DNA of 64,000 bases, taken from contig OZ244170.1 of assembly GCA_965216565.1 (NCBI GenBank), positions 2,016,001-2,080,000 of the forward strand, in the 5' to 3' direction. The notes under the pieces were generated by a model. The model searched no databases. It saw nothing but the letters and a program-made list of their open reading frames with translations, and was not told the origin of the DNA. The DNA is from Bythopirellula sp. (GTDB lineage: Bacteria > Planctomycetota > Planctomycetia > Pirellulales > Lacipirellulaceae). This document shows, piece after piece, positions 9,058 to 17,518 of the stretch (its first letter is position 1; each line of letters starts with the position of its first letter). Made by a program: the position numbers and the translations under genes.

Positions 9058-10587
9058 ATGCAGCCCGTGAATTCTAATTCTAGTTTGAAGAACATTGTCG
9101 ATCGTTGTTCGATGATCTTGCTTGGCTGGGGCATCCTCTGTGGACTACCGTCAAACTTAGTAGTCGCCGAGGATCAGCCGCCTGAGCCAGCACGCGAATT
9201 TCGCGCAGCTTGGGTAGCCACAGTCGCAAACATCGACTGGCCTACCAAGCCGGGCCTCAGCACGGAGCAACAGAAACAAGAGCTGACCGCTATTATGGAC
9301 AAGGCGGCAGAACTAAATCTAAACGCAATCGTCATGCAGGTGCGTCCTCACTGCGATGCTATGTACAATTCGGAACTGGAGCCGTGGTCGGAATACCTAA
9401 CAGGAACCATGGGCAAGGCGCCAGATCCCGGCTACGATCCGTTGGAATTTGCAATTGATCTGGCTCACGATCGGGGCATCGAACTCCACGCCTGGCTCAA
9501 TCCTTATCGAGCTTCACATTCCGCTGCCAAGAGTCCGTGGTCCGCGAATCATGTGAGTCATACTCAACCCGACAGCGTTCGCGTCTATGGAAAACAGTTG
9601 TGGCTCGATCCGGCTGAACCCGCATCAGCGGACCACTCGTTGGCAGTCATTCTGGACGTCGTGAATCGCTACGATGTCGATGGCGTTCACTTCGACGACT
9701 ACTTCTATCCCTACCCCATCAAAGACCCCAATAAGCAGGATGTTTCTTTCCCCGATGCTAACCTTTGGAAGTTGGCCAGCGCGGACAACCCTTCGCTAGA
9801 TCGCAATGATTGGCGGCGGAAGCAAGTCGACGATTTTCTCCAGCGTGTGAGTACCGGAGTCCATCAGGCCAAACCGTGGGTCAAATTTGGCATCAGCCCT
9901 TTCGGAATCTGGAGGCCCGGCCATCCGGAATCCATCAAAGGCTTCGACGCCTATGACAAACTGTATGCCGACTCCAAGAAGTGGCTGCAAAAAGGCTGGG
10001 TTGATTATTTAACTCCTCAGCTCTATTGGAATATCGATAGCAAAGGCCAAAGCTATCCAACCTTGCTCAATTGGTGGCACGAACAGAACACCAAGGGCCG
10101 ACATCTGTGGCCTGGCAACTATACTTCCCGCGTGGGGAACAAGGGCCTGGGCAGTTGGGAGTCGCAGGAGATCATTGATCAAATCCAGGTGACGCGCGAT
10201 CAACCCGGTGCCGATGGCAACGTGCATTTCAGCATGAAGGCATTGATGGATGACCGTGGTGTCGACCAAGCACTTGCCGAGGGCCCCTATCGCGCACCGG
10301 CGCTCGTACCCGCCACGCCGTGGCTGGAAGCGGACGCACCGAGGAAGCCAAACGCCACCATCTCTGACGGCAAACTTCAGCTTAAGACCTCGGCCGATTC
10401 CTCTCCCTGGCTTTGGGTTGTCCAGTGCAAATCGTCCGGGGACTGGCAGACGGAGATCATTCCCGGTCAAATCAAGCAATACTCACTGTCTCAACTCGAA
10501 GACTCAGAGCAGCTAAAGCAAGTGGCGGTATCTGCAGTTAATCGGTTGGGCGAAGTCAGCGCTGTCCAATTGCTCATGGCCAACTAA
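9058..10587 (+). CDS. GHL10 family glycoside hydrolase (DigH/YddW-like), exported
   Basis: REFRAAWVATVANIDWP, QVRPHCDAMY, YDPLEF, ELHAWLNPYR, YDVDGVHFDDYFYPY, FGISPFGIWR, DYLTPQLYW; start may be 9058 or 9112. Confidence 0.9.
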   Translation: MQPVNSNSSLKNIVDRCSMILLGWGILCGLPSNLVVAEDQPPEPAREFRAAWVATVANIDWPTKPGLSTEQQKQELTAIMDKAAELNLNAIVMQVRPHCDAMYNSELEPWSEYLTGTMGKAPDPGYDPLEFAIDLAHDRGIELHAWLNPYRASHSAAKSPWSANHVSHTQPDSVRVYGKQLWLDPAEPASADHSLAVILDVVNRYDVDGVHFDDYFYPYPIKDPNKQDVSFPDANLWKLASADNPSLDRNDWRRKQVDDFLQRVSTGVHQAKPWVKFGISPFGIWRPGHPESIKGFDAYDKLYADSKKWLQKGWVDYLTPQLYWNIDSKGQSYPTLLNWWHEQNTKGRHLWPGNYTSRVGNKGLGSWESQEIIDQIQVTRDQPGADGNVHFSMKALMDDRGVDQALAEGPYRAPALVPATPWLEADAPRKPNATISDGKLQLKTSADSSPWLWVVQCKSSGDWQTEIIPGQIKQYSLSQLEDSEQLKQVAVSAVNRLGEVSAVQLLMAN

Positions 10588-10600
10588 CAATAGGATCAAC

Positions 10601-12532
10601 ATGGACTCATCGTCTGCAAGCCACTCGTCTTCCAGTCAAGAGGAACGCAGTCAAAGGGCACGCAGTCATTGGGCATGGATCCCCAGCCTCTATTTCTCCG
10701 AAGGTCTGCCCTACGTCATTGTGATGACCGTCTCGGTCATCATGTACAAGAAGCTCGGGATATCGAATACCGAGATTGCGCTCTACACCAGTTGGCTCTA
10801 TTTGCCGTGGGTAATCAAGCCGTTTTGGAGCCCGCTGGTGGAAGTCTTGCGGACCAAGCGGTGGTGGATCGTCGTGATGCAGCTGTTGATTGGGGCGGGG
10901 CTCGCGGGAGTTGCCTTCACAATACCAACGTCAGATTTTCTGCAATACACGTTGGCATTTCTGTGGCTGATGGCATTTAGCTCGGCCACGCACGACATCG
11001 CCGCCGATGGGTTTTACATGATGCCGCTCACCACGCACGAGCAAGCATGGTTCGTAGGCATCCGCAGCACGTTCTACCGACTGGCTATGATTACCGGCCA
11101 AGGCCTGCTTGTGATGCTGGCCGGCTCGTTGGAAGAATCCTACGGGCTGCCCCAGCAGTTGGTGGTCGTCCAAGCAACCGCCGAAGCCCCAACACTCGAC
11201 GGATTTGAAACCGCAAATTTCGACGCAATCGGCAGCGCAGATACTCAGCAACTGCTCGTGGCCAACAACACCTACCAGCTTAGTTTCGCTGATCGCAGCC
11301 CCGAAGAAGTCAGTACTCTTGTCGACCAAGTGCGGAGTTGGAATTTGGATCACGGTTTCTATCAGGAAGAAGTAACAGCTGGGAACATTGACGAGAGTGA
11401 TCAGGCCGAGGAAGAAGAATCTACGTGGGTCGATTCCCTGGAGCATTGGATCGTCGACAACTTTGGTCCCTCCGAGACTACCGCTGCCGTTAGTGCAGTT
11501 GCTGGGGACGTGGCGATTATTCAAATGCGTTTGAGCCAGCCGCTAGCCGAAGGCGAGCAACGGGTCGTGAATCTATCTCAGCAAGGCGGCGACCCGAGTT
11601 TTAAGATCGTCGAAGGCTCGCGTTTTACAATCACGGCTGAGAATTCTCAGCAGCCCTTTGCGGCTGTCGTGCAGGTTGATCACCGTCTCGACAAACCCTC
11701 GGCGGCAACCTTCCGCGCTCTCTCGGGCGACACGCCGACTGCGTGGAAGGTGACGTTCTTATTAGCTGCTGCATTTTTCATCGTGATTTGTTTGTACCAC
11801 TTTCTAGTCTTGCCCAGGCCTGCGAATGACCAGCCTGCCGAGGGGGCCGTCAACATCGCCGGCATCTGGAAAGAGCTGCTCATTCCATTCGGAACCTTCT
11901 TTAGCAAACCAGGCATTTTCATTGCTATTCTGTTTCTCATGTTTTACCGATTCTCCGAAGCACAGTTGGTAAAACTCTCGTCACCATTCTTGCTCGACAG
12001 CAAGGAACTGGGCGGGCTCGCGCTTTCCACGGGAGAAGTCGGCTTCGCCTACGGTACAGTCGGCATTATCTTGCTGACCTTGGGAGGAATTCTAGGCGGC
12101 CTCGTAGCTGCCCGGAACGGACTCAAATATTGGCTGTGGTGGATGGTACTGGCCATCAACTTACCTAATGCCGTTTATGTGTTTCTGTCACAAGTCCAAC
12201 CCGAAAGCTATCTGATGGTCAACTTGGCCGTGGCGATCGAACAGTTTGGCTACGGGTTCGGCTTTACAGCCTACATGCTGTTCATGCTGTACATCTCGCA
12301 GGGCAAATACGAGACGGCTCACTACGCAATCTGCACCGGTTTCATGGCCCTGGGTATGATGATCCCCGGCATGTTTAGCGGTTGGCTACAAGAGCTAGTT
12401 GGGTATCAACATTTCTTTATTTGGGTGATGATCGCCACACTACCGAGCTTTCTGGTGTGCATGCTCGTCAATATTGATGAGAACTTCGGAAAAGGAGATG
12501 CCAACTCTGAGGATAGCGCGGAGGCATCTTGA
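10601..12532 (+). CDS. ampG: AmpG-family muropeptide MFS permease with a ~200-aa extracytoplasmic insertion
   Basis: WIPSLYFSEGLPY, LPWVIKPFWSPLV, FSSATHDIAADGFYM, GIRSTFYR, FYRFSEAQ, EQFGYGFG, TAHYA.CTGFMALG. Confidence 0.82.
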   Translation: MDSSSASHSSSSQEERSQRARSHWAWIPSLYFSEGLPYVIVMTVSVIMYKKLGISNTEIALYTSWLYLPWVIKPFWSPLVEVLRTKRWWIVVMQLLIGAGLAGVAFTIPTSDFLQYTLAFLWLMAFSSATHDIAADGFYMMPLTTHEQAWFVGIRSTFYRLAMITGQGLLVMLAGSLEESYGLPQQLVVVQATAEAPTLDGFETANFDAIGSADTQQLLVANNTYQLSFADRSPEEVSTLVDQVRSWNLDHGFYQEEVTAGNIDESDQAEEEESTWVDSLEHWIVDNFGPSETTAAVSAVAGDVAIIQMRLSQPLAEGEQRVVNLSQQGGDPSFKIVEGSRFTITAENSQQPFAAVVQVDHRLDKPSAATFRALSGDTPTAWKVTFLLAAAFFIVICLYHFLVLPRPANDQPAEGAVNIAGIWKELLIPFGTFFSKPGIFIAILFLMFYRFSEAQLVKLSSPFLLDSKELGGLALSTGEVGFAYGTVGIILLTLGGILGGLVAARNGLKYWLWWMVLAINLPNAVYVFLSQVQPESYLMVNLAVAIEQFGYGFGFTAYMLFMLYISQGKYETAHYAICTGFMALGMMIPGMFSGWLQELVGYQHFFIWVMIATLPSFLVCMLVNIDENFGKGDANSEDSAEAS

Positions 12533-13437
12533 TCAAACGCGCGTTAATGCAGAGCGATTGTGAAGAGCTGGCCAAGTTGTGGAATCGCAGTGCGCCATTC
12601 GACCAAATATCATCCGAAGTACTGACGGAAAAGATATGGGGCGATGCCGATTTCGACGAATCGCTGTGCTTGGCCTTAGAAGATTCGAATCGCCTGGTTG
12701 GATTCGGCGCGTGTGTCGTTCGCAACCAGGAGTCGGGCGGCACTGGCTACGTCAAGCTATTAGCGATTGCCCCCTCCCATCGAGGACGAGGCTACGGCCG
12801 GCAACTCTTGCAGACCTTGGAGGCTCGTCTAGCCAGCCTCAAGGTTTCAGCCATTCGACCAAGCGAGTCGGCCCCCAACTATCTGACTCCTGGCATCGAT
12901 GTACGCTATACGCAAGCGTTGTTGCTATTCGAGGCCGAAGGCTATCAACGGATTGGCGAAACGCACAACCTGTTGGCAAATTTGGCTGATCTGGAACTCG
13001 ACACCGACTCGCTTGTGAAATCACTCGGCGCAGCAGAGATCGAAATTAGACGCTGGCAAGAGGACGACTCTCGTTCGCTTCAAGAATTGCTCGAATCCCA
13101 TTGGCCAGCCTGGAAGGCAGAGCTTGCCCAAGCTCAAAAACACAGCCCGCCAGCCGTTCACTTGGCTCTCAAGGCCGGCAAGGTGATCGCCTTCGCTGGC
13201 TACGATGGAAACAACATCGGCACCGGTTGGTTTGGGCCCATGGGCACCGATCCTAACTTTCGTGGATTGGGGATCGGGGAAGTGCTGCTCAAGCACTGTC
13301 TGCTTGATATTCGAGAGCAGGGACACCCGTCCGCAATTATTCCCTGGGTCGGTCCTATTAAGTTCTATGCCAGGCACTCCAATGCCCGAATAGATCGTGT
13401 ATTCTACCGTTACGAAAAACAGCTGAAGCAAGAATAG
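12529..13437 (+). CDS. Tandem GNAT N-acetyltransferase (GlmA-like glucosamine/glucosaminide acetyltransferase candidate)
   Basis: Two acetyl-CoA motifs (HRGRGYGRQLL and FRGLGIGEVLL); GWFGPMGT; TTGA overlap with ampG. Confidence 0.75.
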   Translation: MIKRALMQSDCEELAKLWNRSAPFDQISSEVLTEKIWGDADFDESLCLALEDSNRLVGFGACVVRNQESGGTGYVKLLAIAPSHRGRGYGRQLLQTLEARLASLKVSAIRPSESAPNYLTPGIDVRYTQALLLFEAEGYQRIGETHNLLANLADLELDTDSLVKSLGAAEIEIRRWQEDDSRSLQELLESHWPAWKAELAQAQKHSPPAVHLALKAGKVIAFAGYDGNNIGTGWFGPMGTDPNFRGLGIGEVLLKHCLLDIREQGHPSAIIPWVGPIKFYARHSNARIDRVFYRYEKQLKQE

Positions 13438-13466
13438 AAATTTGGCATCGAAAGGATTGTCACGAG

Positions 13467-15023
13467 GTGAATCCCCCTAAGACATTGCGAGAAAAGCTCG
13501 CGCAACTCATGTACGTTCGGATCGGTTCAAATCTGCCACCTGTTAGAGCAGCAGACGAGGATGCTACGAAGATCGAACGCATTCTCGAAACTTGCCCGAT
13601 CGGCGGCTTGCTGCTGTTCAATGGTCGCCGTCACGATACCCCCAGCACGCTCGATCGCTTGCAGGAGGTCTCCGATGTTCCCCTGTTAGTTGCCGCAGAC
13701 ATCGAGCGTGGAGTTGGCCAGCAAATGCGCGGATTTTCGATATTCCCCCATGCGATGGCTTTCTCGGCACTCGACGAGGCAGAAAAACGAGTTTATGAGT
13801 TCGCACTGATAACGGCAAAGGTCGCTCGCGCATCCGGAATCCACGTCACGCTCTCCCCTGTGGCAGACGTCAACAACAATCCCCTAAACCCAATCATTTC
13901 GACACGCGCCTTTGGCCGCGAGCCGCAAGAAGTATCGCGGTTGGTGACCGCTTTCGTACGTGGTTCGCACGATGGTGGACTACTGACCACAGCAAAACAC
14001 TTTCCCGGCCATGGCAATACGAGCGAAGATTCCCACCATGAACTCCCTACGATTCATTCGAGTCGCGAGGAAATGCAGCAAATCGAACTGCCGCCGTTCC
14101 AAGCGGCGATCGATGCCGGAGCGGCGCTCATCATGACAGCGCACATCTGTTTTCCCGCCATCGATCCAACAGGCCAGTGTGCCACACTTTCGCAACCGAT
14201 TCTCAAAGACCTCTTGCGAAAGCAGCTCGGCTTCGAAGGCGCAGTCGTCAGCGATAGCCTGATGATGGAAGGCGTGAAACAGCAGGGAGAAAACGAAGGA
14301 GATCTAGCCGTCAAAGCGATTAATGCGGGCGTCGATTTCCTGTTGGATATCGTGGACCCACACACAACGCTCGACCAAATGGAACAAGCCGTGGAAGAAG
14401 GGCGACTCGACGAGGCTCGCGTGAACGAGGCCTTCGAGCATCTCTGGAAACTCAAGCAAAGTACATTCGACGATCACAGCCACGACGTAGCAGCAACAGA
14501 AATCGAGAACAATGTTCTGCCAGAAATGGAAAGACTCGTCACAACCATCAGCCACGATGCGATCACTGCTACAAACACACGAGCAGGCCAGCTTCCGTTT
14601 GCCAAAGAGCGCAAGCTAAGCGCCGTCGTCATCAAGACGGTGAATCCTTCCGGTAGCACAGAGGAGGAACCGATAGCGGCCCACTTACGCGAACAGTTTT
14701 CCGATTGCGATTATTTTGATCTTGGTCCCGATGCGACCGAGGAGAACTATTCCAAGGCTAAAGAAGCTTGCCAGAATGCAGAGCAGGTGCTAATTGCACT
14801 CATTGTCAAACCTGCTGCGTGGCATCGCTTCGGATTGAAACCCGAATTGGTTGCCTATGTGAAAGAATTGCTAGAGCATGACAACTGCGTACTAGTCTCG
14901 CTCGGCGCTGCAGAGGCACTTTCGGAGTTTGCTTCCCACCCAACACCGCATACTCAGCTGTGTACATACAGTGACGTCCCTGCATCGCAGCAAGCGATTG
15001 TTCAGTACTTAGTCAGCGGATAA
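13467..15023 (+). CDS. nagZ: GH3 beta-N-acetylglucosaminidase (NagZ-type), cytoplasmic
   Basis: AADIERG, SPVADVNNNPLNPIISTRAFG, KHFPGHGNTSEDSH (NagZ Asp/His dyad), IMTAHI, VVSDSL nucleophile; no signal peptide. Confidence 0.85.
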   Translation: MNPPKTLREKLAQLMYVRIGSNLPPVRAADEDATKIERILETCPIGGLLLFNGRRHDTPSTLDRLQEVSDVPLLVAADIERGVGQQMRGFSIFPHAMAFSALDEAEKRVYEFALITAKVARASGIHVTLSPVADVNNNPLNPIISTRAFGREPQEVSRLVTAFVRGSHDGGLLTTAKHFPGHGNTSEDSHHELPTIHSSREEMQQIELPPFQAAIDAGAALIMTAHICFPAIDPTGQCATLSQPILKDLLRKQLGFEGAVVSDSLMMEGVKQQGENEGDLAVKAINAGVDFLLDIVDPHTTLDQMEQAVEEGRLDEARVNEAFEHLWKLKQSTFDDHSHDVAATEIENNVLPEMERLVTTISHDAITATNTRAGQLPFAKERKLSAVVIKTVNPSGSTEEEPIAAHLREQFSDCDYFDLGPDATEENYSKAKEACQNAEQVLIALIVKPAAWHRFGLKPELVAYVKELLEHDNCVLVSLGAAEALSEFASHPTPHTQLCTYSDVPASQQAIVQYLVSG

Positions 15024-15038
15024 GCCACTCCAGGCAAG

Positions 15039-15065
15039 TGCGCTTCGGCAATACATTGATGCGCG
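15039..15065 (+). promoter_or_regulatory. Degenerate operator TGCGCT-N15-TGCGCG
   Basis: 21-bp period, in the 280-bp gap before the DUF1611 operon. Confidence 0.45.
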
Positions 15066-15302
15066 AATCCGTGATGGCCTTCGGCTCAAGTGTTTTCAAA
15101 CAACTGAAAAAAGCCCATAAACGAGTAGAAGGCACTTGCGACAAACTGCATAACGAACAGAACTGATTTGCAGAGCCTTCTCGCGCCAAGAAGTTCTCAC
15201 TAAACTCAAATTATCGGGGTTAACAAGCAATAGGAACCTCGCTGTGTGCCACTCGAGTGGCAAATTTTGACAAACCGAGGATCCTTGTGAGTTATTCGTA
15301 AA

Positions 15303-16382
15303 ATGGCTGATTCAAATCTCAACCACTCCGCTCAGGCACATCAATCGCGGAAGTTGGTAATTCTTACCGAAGGTCATTCGGAACCCATCACAGCTAAAAC
15401 GGCTGTTTGTGTCTTGCGTTACAATCCCGACGAAGTGGTAGCCGTTCTCGATTCAACGCAGGTTGGCAGCACAACCGAACAGGTTTTTGGCGTCGGTGGC
15501 AATACTCCCTTCATCGCCGATATCGAGGAAGCCTCAGAAGCCAACACACTGATGATCGGTATCGCCCCCCCCGGAGGACGGATGCCGGAGAGCTGGCGGA
15601 AAGTGGTTTTCCAGGCCATGGATCGCGGGATGAACGTCGTCTCGGGACTGCATCAATTCTTATCGAACGACCCCGAGTTCTCTCAGCAAGCCGCCGAGAA
15701 GGGTATCGAGTTGGTTGACGTTCGCAAGAACAATGAGTCGAACGTTTCCGACTATGCCGAGTTTCGCGACGACTGCCTCCGCATTCACACAGTCGGCCAA
15801 GACTGCTGCATCGGAAAAATGGTTGTGGCTATCGAACTTGCGAACGCCATGAAGCAACAGGGGGTCGACGCCAAGTTTGTAGCAACGGGTCAAACAGGAA
15901 TTCTCGTCGAGGGCGACGGCTGCCCGGTCGACTGCGTTGTTTCCGACTTTGTGAATGGCGCGGCTGAAAAGCTTGTCCTTGCCAATCAACATCACGACAT
16001 GCTGTTTATCGAAGGGCAGGGGAGCCTGGCCCATCCTCGCTATTCGGCGGTCACCCTGGGGTTGCTACACGGCACTCGTCCTCAAGGCCTGATCTTGTGT
16101 TACGAAGTTGGCAGAAAAAATGTCCACGGCATGGAGCATGTGCCGCTGAAGTCACTCGCCGAGTTGCGGACGATCTACGAACAAATGGCAAGCCTGATGC
16201 ACCCGTCACGGGTGATAGGCATCGCGATGAATAGCCGCAAAGTATCCGAAGCAGAGGCCGACGCAGAGCGGGAACAAATTCGCAGTGAGATGGGACTTCC
16301 CGTCTGCGACGTTATCCGGCACGGCCCTCACGAGTTGGTCGAGGCGATCGAACAATTTCGCGCCGTACCAGCAGCAGGTTAA
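15303..16382 (+). CDS. DUF1611 family protein (DgcN-like D-glutamate N-acetyltransferase candidate)
   Basis: AKTA, GIAPPGG, SGLHQFL, VGQDCCIGKM, FVATGQTGI, DFVNGAAE, IEGQGSLAHPRYS, LLHGTRP. Confidence 0.85.
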   Translation: MADSNLNHSAQAHQSRKLVILTEGHSEPITAKTAVCVLRYNPDEVVAVLDSTQVGSTTEQVFGVGGNTPFIADIEEASEANTLMIGIAPPGGRMPESWRKVVFQAMDRGMNVVSGLHQFLSNDPEFSQQAAEKGIELVDVRKNNESNVSDYAEFRDDCLRIHTVGQDCCIGKMVVAIELANAMKQQGVDAKFVATGQTGILVEGDGCPVDCVVSDFVNGAAEKLVLANQHHDMLFIEGQGSLAHPRYSAVTLGLLHGTRPQGLILCYEVGRKNVHGMEHVPLKSLAELRTIYEQMASLMHPSRVIGIAMNSRKVSEAEADAEREQIRSEMGLPVCDVIRHGPHELVEAIEQFRAVPAAG

Positions 16383-16466
16383 GTAGGATCTTGTCGCAAC
16401 TTTCCTTCACCAATCTATCTCACATCCATTTCACACGAAAATCTGTTTCAGCAGCGCATCAACAAC

Positions 16467-17495
16467 ATGCAGATCCGAACCCATGTTTACAACCTGCCGC
16501 TGAAACACGCCTTCACTATCTCGCGCGAGACCACCACTGTGCAGCCGACCTTGATTGTCGAGCTGTCCGATGGCACTCATTCCGGTTACGGTGAGGCCAC
16601 GACCAATAGTTACTATGGCATGACCATCGAGTCGATGCAGCAGGCTTTGCAGCGTGTGACGCCGACACTGGAATCGATGGACCAATTCCAACCTGATACC
16701 CTTTGGCAGGAAGTCGCCCCGCAGCTGGAAGACTGTCCCTTCGCCCTGTGCGCGCTCGACCAGGCGGCCTACGATTTGTGGGGCAAGCAGCAACAGACCC
16801 CCGTCTATCAGCTCCTGGGGCTCGATAATTCGAAGGTGCCAACATCAAACTTCACCATCGGCATCGATACGATCCCGAAGATGGTCGAGAAGCTCAATGA
16901 AGTCCCCGACTGGCCGATTTACAAGATCAAGCTTGGCACGGAGAACGATCTGGAAATCGTCGCCGAGTTGCGTCGCTACACCGACGCCACCTTCCGTGTG
17001 GATGCCAACTGTGGTTGGAGCGCGGAACAGACTGTCGAATTCTCACCATCACTTAGAGATCTAGGTGTCGAGTTTATCGAGCAACCCCTGCCCGCCGATG
17101 ATTCCGAAGGGCACAAACATGTATTCGAAAACTCTGCCTTACCAGTGGTAGCCGACGAAAGCTGCATCCACGAAGCCGATGTCGAGCACTGCCATGGTAG
17201 TTTCCATGGCATAAACATCAAACTCGTCAAGTGCGGCGGACTGACCCCCGCCCGTCGAATGATCGACCAAGCCAAGCAACTCGGCATGAAGGTCATGGTG
17301 GGTTGCATGACCGAATCTACCGTTGGCATCTCCGCTATCGCACAAATTCTGCCGCTGCTGGATTACGTCGACATGGATGGTGCCGCGCTGTTGAAAGAAG
17401 ATATTGCCACCGGGGTTGTTGTCGATCGAGGCGTGTGCCGCTATCCCAACGTGCCGGGAAGTGGTGTTCAGCTACTGAAAGAATCTGCCGATTAA
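16467..17495 (+). CDS. Dipeptide epimerase (L-Ala-D/L-Glu epimerase / DgcA-like, enolase superfamily)
   Basis: FTISR, GYGEA, YKIKLG, RVDAN, EQP, ADES, NIKLVKCGG, GCMTES, DMDG. Confidence 0.88.
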   Translation: MQIRTHVYNLPLKHAFTISRETTTVQPTLIVELSDGTHSGYGEATTNSYYGMTIESMQQALQRVTPTLESMDQFQPDTLWQEVAPQLEDCPFALCALDQAAYDLWGKQQQTPVYQLLGLDNSKVPTSNFTIGIDTIPKMVEKLNEVPDWPIYKIKLGTENDLEIVAELRRYTDATFRVDANCGWSAEQTVEFSPSLRDLGVEFIEQPLPADDSEGHKHVFENSALPVVADESCIHEADVEHCHGSFHGINIKLVKCGGLTPARRMIDQAKQLGMKVMVGCMTESTVGISAIAQILPLLDYVDMDGAALLKEDIATGVVVDRGVCRYPNVPGSGVQLLKESAD

Positions 17496-17518
17496 TCCCA
17501 CCACTTTGCGAGAAGCAT

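Noticed and set aside
17231..17518. N-terminal extensions in the ORF track (also 1048, 7775, 8953, 24418, 35006, 39128, 41067)
   Set aside because: They overlap upstream genes, promoters or hairpins; signal peptides and RBSs indicate downstream starts.
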